Origin: Malacoraja senta | Lineage: Eukaryota | Reading direction: 5' to 3' | Length of the DNA: 20,000 nucleotides | Assembly (NCBI GenBank): GCA_038087875.1 | Contig: JAXLNO010000129.1 | Location: 52,383 to 72,382 of the forward strand | In this document: in pieces, positions 10,346 to 19,600 of the stretch | How the letters are laid out: every line of letters begins with the position of its first letter | Position numbering within the stretch: position 1 is the stretch's first letter | Made by a program: the position numbers and the translations under genes | Notes under the pieces: generated by a model | What the model was told of the DNA's origin: nothing | What the model saw: only the letters and a program-made list of their open reading frames with translations | Databases searched by the model: none

Positions 10346-10598
10346 AGTGTTCCCCAATTGTATTGAAACTCCTCAATGCCCTAACATTGCAATGGGAATG
10401 TTTAAACTCTCTTTTAATGTTTTTTTGTGAGCCAATTCATTAATCTATCATATTTTCTGATCTTGTAACGAGGCAGGGAGAAGATGTTTGCGTAATATTT
10501 CTGCTAATCAAGTCTGGTGCCATATTACTGGAACCAACTAAGATTCATTTTCTGTGCACAATTTACAACTATCCTCCTCACAGCTTTTACCTGGAGAA

Positions 10599-10923
10599 AT
10601 TTAGTTTTGTTTAGTTTAGAGATACAGTGCGGAAACCGGCCCTTCGGCCCACCGAGTCCCCGTCAAGCAGCGATCCCTGCACATTAACGCTGCCCTATAC
10701 ACGCTAGGGACAATTTACACCTACACCAAGCCAATTAACCTACAAACCAGTACGTCTTTGGAGTGTGGGAGGAAACCGAAGATCTCGGAGAAAACCCACG
10801 CGGTCACGGGGAGAATGTACAAACTTCGTACAGACAGCACCCGTAGTCGAGATCGAACCCGGGTCTCCGGCGCCGCAAGCGCTGTAAGGCAGCAACTCTA
10901 CCACTGCGCCACCATGCCACCCA
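10599..10923 (-). mobile_element. Full-length tRNA-derived V-SINE (HE1-like)
   Basis: Pol III A box TGGCGCAGTGG (10911-10901) and B box GGTTCGATC (10859-10851). Central V-domain GGGTTTTCTCCG..CGGTTTCCTCCCACACTCCAAAGAC. 3' GGGCCGAAGGGCC..TTTCCGCACTGTAT is shared with the HER1-like LINE end. (TAAAC)n tail. Confidence 0.9.
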
Positions 10924-11099
10924 AACGACCCACTTTTACTGGATAAAGTTACTACAGTTTCTATTTCTTCTTTTAAAATAGATTGTTTTTTTAATAAGTT
11001 GATTGTGGTTTGCTGTGAATCTTGTGTTCGCACCTCTTTTAACTCATTGGCAGAATTGTGTTGCAAATCAAAATCATTTCACTTAATGTTTTCATCAAA

Positions 11100-12083
11100 G
11101 GTTTGGTTTATTGTAATTGTTGCATGTACCATGATACAATGATAAACTGTTTGTTTTCAATCTCTTCAAATCGTACTCTACATGAGTGCAATCAACCCGT
11201 ACTCATGTACAACATGTGAAAAACATCAGAGTGCATTGTTACAGCATTATAGTGTCACAGTTACAGAGAAGTGTTACAGTTACAGACAAAGTGCAGATTA
11301 AAAAAAGTGCAAGGTCTTCATGAGGTAGATTGGGAGATTGGGACTAATCTGGTTTATGATTTATGGGTTTATCGTCTGAGAACAGCAGGGGTCAAAACGT
11401 ACTCCTGAATACGATGGTAAGTGTGTTTTCAAGCTATTGTAACTTTTGCCTGAGGGGACAAGAGAGGATGTCGGGGGTGAAAACAATCCTCGGTTATGTT
11501 GGCTGCTTTCTCGAGGCAGCATGAAGTGTAGATGGAGTCGATGTTGGGAAAACTGGCGATGGACAAGGCTAATCACAACCCACTGGAGTTTCTTGCCGTC
11601 TTGTACCTATTGTCAAAACAAGCTGTGATGCATCTTGATAGTGTAGGAAGGAACTGCAGATGCTGGTTTAAACCGAAGATGTCTATCAAAGGCTGGAGTA
11701 ACTCAATAGGACAGGCAGCATTTCTGGAGAGAAGGAATGGGTGATGATTCGGGTCGAGACTGGTCGGGTCTGATACGTGAATCCCTAGTAAATGTGAGCT
11801 GAGGCCACTAGGCAAAGCTGCGGTGAATCAACCACATTCCTTCTCTCCAGAGATGCTGCCTGTCCCGCTGAGTTACTCCAGCTGTTTGTATGCATCTTGA
11901 TAGGATGCTTACTACAGTGCATCTCCAGAAGTTGGCAAAAATCATTGGAGACATACTGAACTTCCTTAGTGTTCTGAGGAAGTAGATGTTTTGGTGTGCT
12001 ATCTTGGCCATAGCTTCAAAGTAGTTGGTCCAAGACAGATTGTTGGTGATATTTATACTTGACCATCTCCACTTCAGCACCAC
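11100..12083 (-). mobile_element. Rex1-like LINE 3' portion, interrupted at 11642-11889
   Basis: Minus ORF 11808-12083 contains NITNNLSWTNYFEAMAKIAHQNIYFLRTLRKFSMSP..CTVVSILSRCI. ORF 11361-11576 contains VPSGKSYNSLKTH. Confidence 0.75.
11642..11889. mobile_element. Composite insertion: inverted PLE-repeat arms enclosing a captured 61-bp segment, 14-bp TSD
   Basis: ATGCATCTTGATAG is duplicated at 11628-11641 and 11890-11903. Minus arm 11642-11760, plus arm ~11835-11882. Confidence 0.85.
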
Positions 12084-12624
12084 TGGGGAATTAGCTACTG
12101 TAAGCTGATGCTTTCCTTCCTGATTTAACTACTGTGTGGTATATTTTTACCCTTTTCTCTTTCTCTTACTGGGAAATATTTCTTTTCTGATTCCGTTGAG
12201 GTATTTATCTTTTTTTTTTTAATTTTCCAAATCCTCTGTTCCATATAATCCTTCCCTCCTCAAATCTCCAGCAATTGCTCATTCAAACCTTTGCATATCC
12301 GGATTGTTATTATTGGACATAACTTTAATCACAATATCGAATTGAACTATATAATATCCACCAGGGCCCAAAGGTAGATCGGTTTTCCAGTTTGCTAATC
12401 AGTTCCAGTGGATTGCTCAATATTGAATCCAATCCAATCTCTGCTCTAATTCTTTATATAGCAATACACAGCAAGCACAAATTGCAAAGCCCCTAAGTGA
12501 ATCCCTAGTAAATGTGAGCTGAGACTACATGGCAGAGATGTGGTGAATCAGCCACATCTCCCACCCTTTACTTAGAGCCATAACTCAAATGTTTGTATTG
12601 AAAAGCAACTAACAAACATCTAGA

Positions 12625-12851
12625 TAGTAGTCCTGAACTATTATCTACCTCATTGGTGACCCTCAGACTATCTTTGATCAGACTTTACTGGCTTTACCTT
12701 GCACTAAACATTATGCCCTTAACATGTATCTATACATTGTGAATGGCTCGCTTGTAATCACGTATTGTCTTTCCGCTGACTGGATAGCACGCAACAAAAG
12801 CTTTTCACTGCACCTCGGTACACGTGACAATAAACTACATTGAACAGAACT
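12625..12851 (+). mobile_element. Rex1-like LINE 3' UTR
   Basis: Collinear with 4575-4795. Ends CTTTTCACTGCACCTCGGTACACGTGACAATAAAC. Confidence 0.8.
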
Positions 12852-12949
12852 AGTGTTCATTCATTGGGCATCCATGCATCTCCTATGGCCAACCCATCAT
12901 CAACCTTGAGATATTGAATCTACTTCGCATGACAAATGTAGTGGAATGT

Positions 12950-13051
12950 AGTCACAAAATACTGGACTAACTCAGCGGGTGAGGCAGCATCTATGGAGAG
13001 AAGGAATGAGTGACGTTTTGGGTCGAGACCCTTCTTCAGACTGATGTCGGG
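12950..13051 (-). mobile_element. Short PLE-associated repeat with hammerhead-like core
   Basis: Minus strand reads CCCGACATCAGTCTGAAGAAGGGTCTCGACCCAAAACGTCACTCATTCC. Confidence 0.85.
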
Positions 13052-13054
13052 TAA

Positions 13055-13360
13055 GGTTGGGTTTAGGTTGAGTTGATTATTGTCACGTGTACCGAGGTAC
13101 TGTGGGAAACTTTGTTTAGCATGTTATCCAGTTTAGTTTATTGTCACGTGTACCGAGGTACAGTGAAAAGCTTTTGGTGCATGCTCTCCAGTCAGCGGAA
13201 GGCCAATACATGATTATAATCAAACTAATTACAGTGTATAGGTACATGATAAGTGAATAGCGTTTAGTGTAGGAAAAGCCAGCAAAGTCTGATCAAGGAT
13301 AGTCTGAGGGTCACCAGTGAGGTAGTCACCAATCCAAACTGATGAGATAATACTACAATC
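13055..13360 (-). mobile_element. Two nested Rex1-like 3' ends
   Basis: TATTGTCACGTGTACCGAGGTAC occurs twice (~13077 and ~13139). The inner copy spans ~13131-13325. Confidence 0.7.
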
Positions 13361-13917
13361 AGATCAGATCATTCAACGGGAACAGATTACATGCTCATGA
13401 GTCCAAAATGGATCAGTACAACCAACAAGAGCTTGTACATTGGTCAACTATTTTGGTTGTAGGGTGCATCCAAGCAAGTTCAGTCTCCAGAAGAATCTAA
13501 ATGGCAAAAAGGACTAAAATAATCTTCTCTTACTTTGGTTACTGAATGGTTACTTACTAAATGGTTTTAGACTCCCACTATTAGCTCACGAACGGTGCAC
13601 AGCAGATAACTATTAACAGACCAAGCGATGGAGACTGATGCAGGTCCCTGCAGACGTAAAGAAACAGATGTTAGACTATTTTAATAAAGAAGGAATTGAA
13701 TCCCAAATGTTTGAAGCGTGCATTCAATGTAAATTGGTATAAAGGCATGTAACAACTAACAAACATTGAGAAATTCGATTGCATGTTAGTGTATCTTTTG
13801 AAATGATGCAACCAGAAATGATTTTTTTTCCCCCAGAATAAGTCACGGTAATGAATATTTCACGGTTAGCGTTTCTCACTCCATGAATTCCACCAACACT
13901 AAACTCCAATATCGAAC

Positions 13918-14003
13918 TGTCTGAAGAAGGATTCCGACCCAAAACGTCACCTATTCCTTTTCTCCAGAGTTGCTGCCTGACCCGCTGAGTTACTCCAGCA
14001 TTT
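13918..14003 (+). mobile_element. Short PLE-associated repeat with degenerate hammerhead core
   Basis: CTGAAGAAGGATTCCGACCCAAAACGTCACCTATTCC..GCTGAGTTACTCCAGCATTT. Confidence 0.85.
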
Positions 14004-14318
14004 CAACACCAACAGGAATCAGTGACACAAGAGGCTTGACGTCATTTCTATTTCAGGCCTCACATTGTCATGTGCAACAATCTTCTTGGAGCATTGCAGG
14101 AGAACTTGGATCAAGTTCTTCTGCACCTCATCATTCAGCACTCCTGAGACAGTCTGATCCTACCAATGCAACACCAGACTAGAACCTCTGGAGTGGATTC
14201 ATTAAATACCTGCATCCTTAAGCCCTACTGCACTGTACTGACCTCATCATAAACCCCTCGATTTCAATATCCATCTCAACATGATTACCAGTCCATTACA
14301 ATCCCTGTCCCACCACAT

Positions 14319-14390
14319 AGTTTAGTTTAGTTTAGTGTGGTTTAGTGTAGTTTAGTTTAGTTTAATTTAGTTTTGTTTTGTTTTGTTTAG
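14319..14390. repeat. (TTTAG)n/(TTTTG)n microsatellite grown from the SINE tail
   Basis: About 14 imperfect pentamer units directly visible. Confidence 0.9.
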
Positions 14391-14681
14391 AGATACAGTG
14401 CGGAAACAGGCCCTTCGGCCCATCAAGTCCATGCTGACCAGTGATCCCCTAACACAATCGTGCACATACTAGGGACAATTTACAAGTTTACCGAAGTCAA
14501 TGAACCCACAAACCAGTACGTCTTTGGAGTGTGAGAAGAAACCGGAGCACCCGGAGAAACCCCACACAGGTCACAGGGAGAACGTACAAACTCCATACAG
14601 ACAGCACCCGTAGTCAGGATCAAACCTGGGTCTCTGGCGCCGTAAGGCAGCAACTCTACCACTGTGCCACTGTGCCACCCA
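14319..14681 (-). mobile_element. Full-length HE1-like V-SINE with expanded tail
   Basis: Same A box, B box, V-domain and 3' layout as 10599-10923. Confidence 0.9.
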
Positions 14682-15530
14682 TGCTGATCCCAATTCCACA
14701 TCTCCTCTCCTCCTTGAAACTAGCCGCTGGCTCTGATCCCTAATATAGAGGTTGAGGATGTTTCCTGATACATTCATGAACCTTCCCAGCGCAGAACAGA
14801 TGCTCTTTTTTGTCTCCATCCAGAATCAGTCCCGTCAAAATTCCCCACAATGTTAACTGGGACAGATTGAGATGAACTCTGTTCAAAAGTATTCATTTGT
14901 TACAACCGATATTTTATCACCCTTCCCAATGCGTCAAAATGGGTGGTTCACCTGGATGGTTTTATTAAAATATCCTTCATATTACTTAAATAGCTCTGAT
15001 TCTTTGGCTCTTTTGAATCCTTAGAGATTTTAAATACCATGAGCTGAGCTTTCTACATTTTTGCATTGAGAACACTTTTTGTGCAAAATGGTGTTTAAAA
15101 AAATGTGTTGCCTTATGTCTGAAATAATGGACATTGAGAAAGTGTGTGAAAATATATCAGTCAACATACTCTTACAGTGCATCCCTTTTGGCTTGAGAGA
15201 TTTAGTTTTAAGAAGAAGATGTAAAACTGACTCTAAAAGCTTCTTTAGATATGTAAAAAGAAAAAGATTAGTGAAGACAAATGTGGGTCCCTTACAATCA
15301 GAGGCAGGTGAATTTATAATGGGGAAACAAGGAAATGGCAGAACAGTTAAACAAGTACTTTGGAAGACACAAGCAATCTCCCAGAAATACTAGGGGACCG
15401 AGGATCTAGTGGGAGGGAGGAACTGAAGGGAACATACATTAGTCAGGAAATGGTGTTAGGAAAACTGTTGGGACTGAAGGCAGATAAATCCCCAGGGCCT
15501 GATGGTCTGCATCCCAAAGTACTCTAGGAG

Positions 15531-16376
15531 ATGGCTCTAGAAATCGTGGATGTATTGGTGATCATTTTCCAATGTTCTCTCGAATCTGGATCAGTTCCTG
15601 TGGACTGGAGGGTGGCCAATGTAACTCCAATTTTTAAGAAAGGAGGGAGAGAGAAAACGGGGAATTATAGACCAGTTAACCTTACATCTTCAGTAGTGGG
15701 GAAGATGCTTGAGTCGATTGTTAAAGATGTTATAGCAGCGCATGTGGAAAGCAGTGACAGGATCGGTCAAAGTCGGCATGGATTTACGAAGGGGAAATCA
15801 TGCTTGACTAATATTCTGGAATTTTTTGAGAATGTAACAAGTAGAATGGATAAGGGAGAGCCAGTGGAAGTGGTGTATCTAGACTTTCAAAAAGCCTTTG
15901 ACAAGGTCCCACACAAGCGATTAGTGTGCAAAATTAGAGTACATGGTATTGGGGGCAGGGTATTGACATGGATAGAGAACTGGATGGCAGACAGGAAGCA
16001 AAGAGTAGGAATTAACGGGTCATTTTCAGAATGGCAGGCAGTGACTAGTGGGGTGCCGCAAGGCTCGGTGCTGGGACCTCAGTTATTTTCAATATATATG
16101 AACTATTTAGATGAGGGAATTAAAAGTGACAAGTTTGCGGATGACACAAAGCTGGGTGGCAGCGTGAGCTGCGATGAGGATGCTATGAGGCTGCAGCATG
16201 ACTTGGATGGGTTGGGTGAGTGGTTAGATGCATGGCAGATAAATGTGAGGTTTATTCACTTTGGTGGCAAGAACAGGAATGCAGATTATTATCTGAATGG
16301 TGTCAGATTAGGAAAAGGGGAGGTGCAACAAGACCTGTGTGTGCTTGTACATCAGTCACTGAAAGTAAGTATGTAG
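15531..16376 (+). pseudogene. Residual CR1 reverse-transcriptase ORF (281 aa)
   Basis: RT motifs including FADD are present, but it is flanked by stops and carries internal deletions relative to the CR1 copy at 1049-2076. Confidence 0.85.
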
Positions 16377-16691
16377 TTACAGCAGGCAGTGAAGAAAGCT
16401 AATGGCATGTTGGCCTTCATTGCGAGAGGATTTGAGTTTTGGAGCAAGAGATCCTACTGCAGTTGTACAGGGCCCTGGTGAGGCAGCAGCTGGAGTATTG
16501 TGTGCAATTTTGCTCTCCTAATTTGAGGAAGGACATTATTGCTATTGAGGGAGTGCAGCGTAGGTTCGCCAGGTTAATTCCCGGGAGGGCGGGACTGACA
16601 TATGATGAAAGTATGGGTCGACTGGGCTTGTATTCACTAGAATTTAGAAGGATGAGAGGATATGTTATAGAAACATATAAAATTCTTGAAG

Positions 16692-16778
16692 AAGGGTTTC
16701 GGCCCGAAACGTTACCTATTTCCTTCGCTCCATAGATGCTGCCGCACCAGCTGAGTTTCTCCAGCATTTTTGTGTACC
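16692..16778 (+). mobile_element. Short PLE-associated repeat inserted in CR1 with 14-bp TSD
   Basis: TAAAATTCTTGAAG at 16678-16691 and 16779-16792. Core reads (T)TGAAGAAGGGTTTCGGCCCGAAACGTT. Confidence 0.92.
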
Positions 16779-17155
16779 TAAAATTCTTGAAGGATTGGAC
16801 AGGCTAGATGCAGAAAAAATGTTCCCGATGTTGGGGGAGTCCAGAACCAGGGGTCACAGTTTAAGAATAAGGGGTAGGTCATTTAGGACTGAGATGAGGA
16901 CAAACTTTTTCACCCAGAGAGTTGTGAATCTGTGGAATTCTCTGCCACAGAAGGCAGTGGAGGCCAATACACTGGATGTTTTCAAGAGAGAGTTAGATTT
17001 AGCTCTTCGGGCTAAAGGAATCAAGGGATGTGGGGGGAGAAGCAGGAACGGGGGACTGATTTTATTTGATCAGCCATGATCATTTTGAATGTGCTGGCTT
17101 GAAGGGCCGAATGGGCTACTCATCACTTATTTTTCCATTTTCCCCTGTTTCTATG

Positions 17156-17222
17156 TTTCTTCAGACTGATGGTAAACATTAGCTCCAAGATGTTTGAAGA
17201 AGATCCTGATCCGAAATGTCAT
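17156..17222. mobile_element. Degenerate central remnant of an inverted PLE-repeat dimer
   Basis: TTCTTCAGACTGATG, ~25 bp spacer, then TTGAAGAAGATCCTGATCCGAAATGTCA. Confidence 0.5.
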
Positions 17223-17228
17223 TTTCAT

Positions 17229-17513
17229 TCAAGAACCAGAGGACAAAGGTTTAAGGTGAGGGGGGTAAAATGTAATAGGAACCTGAAGGGCAATGTTTTT
17301 TACACAAAGAATGGTAGGTATATGGAGTACTGACATATTGGAAGGTATATGGAATGAGCTGCCGGAGGAGGTAATTGTTGCAGGAACTATCACAATTTTA
17401 ACTAAACAATTGGACAGGTACATGGATAGGATAGATTTAGATTGGGCATGTTGGTCTGCATGCGCAAGTTGGGCCAAAGGGCATACATCCATGCTGTATG
17501 GCTCTATGACTAT
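17229..17513 (+). mobile_element. HER1-like CR1 3' fragment with a small internal duplication
   Basis: FFTQRMVGIW..GIWNELPEEV..LDRYMDR. GGTATATGGA is repeated around a short insert. Tail GCTGTATGGCTCTATGACT. Confidence 0.8.
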
Positions 17514-17659
17514 TACTCTTCCACTCAGCCTGACCCACTGGGGTCCTCCAGCACTTCGTGTTTGCTTCTGCGGAACAACCCATTCAGGAGCACTGGGTTA
17601 TATCTTTCCAGACTTTACGGTAACCCCACACCTGAACGCAGGGTATTATAGCTAGATCA

Positions 17660-17893
17660 TATAAACATAGAGTGGAAACAGGCCCTTCAGCCCAACTTGC
17701 CCATGCTGACCAAGGTGCCCCATGTCCACTCGTACCACCTGCCTGCATTTGGCCCATATCCCTCCAAACCTATCCTATCCATGCATCTGCCCACATGTCT
17801 TTTAAATGGTGTTATAGTACGAGCCTCAACCACCTCCTCCGGCAGCTCGTTCCATATACCCACCACCCTCTGTGTGAAAATCTTGCCCCTCGG
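17660..17893 (-). mobile_element. HER1-like CR1 3' fragment
   Basis: Minus ORF 17687-17956 contains RGKIFTQRVVGIWNELPEEVVEA..DRIGLEGYGPNAG. Confidence 0.85.
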
Positions 17894-18408
17894 CTCATTT
17901 TGAAAGAGGTCGAGGCAATTTTCCATACATCTGGAAACTGGAACTCTCTCACACAAAAGGCACGGACAATTGACATTTCCAAGAGTTTGATTTTCTTTCT
18001 TCTGGCACCAGCAGCAAATTCCAAATCGTGGAGCCAGTACCTGATGTTTTCACTCCATGGATGGATTCTGTCCATCCAGCTGGAGATTTGTAAAGACTGC
18101 AGATTTCATTTCATCGGTCTAGTGCCATCGGCTCACCGGGCCTTATAATGAGAAAATAAAAACCCCTATCTCCTTATACTAAGATCAGGCTTAATTTCAG
18201 AGACTTGAGACTTGAAATTACAAGATGGCGCCGCAACATGACAATTCTAATGCGTGATGTCCCAGAAAAGGATCTAGTTTCATTTATTATTAGTTTAGTT
18301 TATTAGTAGTAGGAAAGAACTGCAGATGCTGGTTTAAATCGAAGGTAGACACAAAATGTGGGAGTAACTCAGCGGGACAGGCAGCAGCTCGGGGGAGAAG
18401 GAATGGGT

Positions 18409-18436
18409 GACGTTTCGGGTCGAGACCCTTCTTCAG
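18409..18436 (-). ncRNA. Minimal hammerhead ribozyme-like motif
   Basis: CUGAAGA-A-GGGU-CUCG-ACCC-GAAAC-GUC: conserved CUGANGA and GAAA boxes, 4-bp helix II and a GUC cleavage triplet. Helices I and III are very short. Activity is untested. Confidence 0.6.
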
Positions 18437-18441
18437 AGACT

Positions 18442-18469
18442 CTGAAGAAGGGTCTCAACCCGAAACGTC
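18442..18469 (+). ncRNA. Minimal hammerhead ribozyme-like motif
   Basis: CUGAAGA-A-GGGU-CUCA-ACCC-GAAAC-GUC. Activity is untested. Confidence 0.58.
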
Positions 18470-19005
18470 ACCCATTCCTTCTCTCCAGAGATGCTGCCTG
18501 TCCCGCTACTCCAGCATTTTGCGTCTACCTTAGTTTATTATTAGTTTAGTATATTATTGTCCCATGTACCAAGGTACATTGACAAGCTTTTTTGTTGCGT
18601 GCTATCCCGTCAGTGCAAAGACTATAGATGATTACAATCAAGCTGCCCGCAGTGTTCAGATACAGGATAAAGGGTATAATGTTTAGTGCAAGATAAAGTC
18701 CTGTGAAGTCTGATCAAAGATAGACCAAAGGTCATCACTGAAGTACATGGGAGGTCAGGACTGTTCTCTAGCTTTCATTCATCTGGACGCCCGTAGGGTT
18801 GAGGTCCCGACCACGGGGGAAAATGGAGGAGGACTGGCCAAATGTTGTGTCTTCCTCCACAGTGATGAATGCTGTGGTGGATGTTTGTGATACATTTTAA
18901 TTGTGTTTTTGTGTGTTCTTTCTCATTGTACCACTGCTGGAAAATTCATTTCACTTGCACTTTATGTGCAACGTGACGAATAAAACCGTATTGTATTGTA
19001 TTGCA

Positions 19006-19237
19006 GTTGGTAAGAGGACGGTTCAGTTGCCGGATAACAGTTGGGAACAAACTGTCCCTGAATTTGGAGTTATGCGTCTTCAAACTTCTGTACTTCTTGC
19101 CAGGTGGGAGAGGGGAGAAGAGGGAGTGACCAGGGTGAGACAGGTCCTTGATAATGCTGGTGGCCTTGCCAAGGCAGCGTGAGGTGTAGTTGGGGTCAAT
19201 GGAAGGGAGGTTAGTTTGCGTGATGGTCTGGGCTGAG
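19006..19237 (-). mobile_element. Rex1-like ORF C-terminal fragment
   Basis: AQTITQTNLPSIDPNYTSRCLGKATSIIKDLSHPGHSLFSPLPPGKKYRSLKTHNSKFRDSLFPTVIRQLN. Confidence 0.85.
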
Positions 19238-19269
19238 CCACTATTATCCACTATAATCACTCCACTCAT

Positions 19270-19398
19270 ATACTTGCGAATGATTGTATGATTGTACTCA
19301 CGGTATGAATTGACTGGGTAGTTGGCAAAAATAAAGCTTTTCACTGTATCTCGGTACACATGACAATAATAAACTAAACGGAACTAAATTAAATTAAA
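19270..19398 (+). mobile_element. Rex1-like extreme 3' end
   Basis: AAAGCTTTTCACTGTATCTCGGTACACATGACAATAATAAACTAAAC. Confidence 0.75.
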
Positions 19399-19600
19399 CG
19401 CTGCATTTTTTGGTGGACATCGTGTTACTGGTTGAGATGATTATTTATGAAGAGACCATTTCCAGATTTCTGGCTGTACAGATTGGCTGTGTTTCCCTAC
19501 TTAAGTCATGTTTGAAGAGGCAGTAATGTAAGGGGTCAGAGCAATGTGAAAGTGAAGGTCCCGACCGAGGCTGTTTTACTTCAGATGCCCCAGCAATGAT

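Larger units (their letters stand above)
15218..17158 (+). mobile_element. CR1 LINE, ~1.9-kb 3' portion covering the RT domain, decayed
   Basis: KTDSKSFFRYVKRKR, KSPGPDGLHP, NYRPVNLTS, VYLDFQKAFDKVPH, SGVPQGSVLGP and KFADDTKL motifs, spread over several frames with stops (TAG at ~15526 and ~16374). 3' UTR ends CTATGTTTCT. Confidence 0.95.
18308..18530. mobile_element. Near-perfect inverted dimer of the PLE-associated repeat
   Basis: Symmetry centre at 18439 (TCTTCAGAG-A-CTCTGAAGA). Arms pair for about 90 bp. Confidence 0.92.
18285..18770 (-). mobile_element. Rex1-like 3' UTR whose tail is split by a PLE dimer
   Basis: TATTATTGTCCCATGTACCAAGGTACATTGACAAGCTTTT..CTGATCAAAGATAG, the reverse complement of the 12625-12851 type. 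Confidence 0.75.
18220..19003 (+). mobile_element. Unclassified short non-LTR retroelement (~290 bp once nested insertions are removed)
   Basis: 5' CAAGATGGCG at 18221-18230. The 3' part 18780-19003 ends in hairpin TTGCAC-TTTAT-GTGCAA, AATAAA and (TATTG)n. The interrupting block is bounded by TCTAGTTTCATT and TCTAGCTTTCATT. Confidence 0.5.

Noticed and set aside
10850..10923. tRNA gene
   Set aside because: The A and B boxes belong to the tRNA-derived head of a SINE followed by a V-domain and LINE-like tail. No convincing cloverleaf.
15531..16376. 281-aa ORF as a domesticated reverse transcriptase
   Set aside because: Stops on both sides, a deletion right before the FADD motif, a deletion plus compensating insertion after it, and a PLE insertion downstream. 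This fits neutral decay.
288..18530. CRISPR array, retron or other prokaryotic RT system
   Set aside because: Repeats are dispersed, variable in length and in both orientations, with no regular spacers. All RT fragments are eukaryotic CR1, Rex1 or PLE types.
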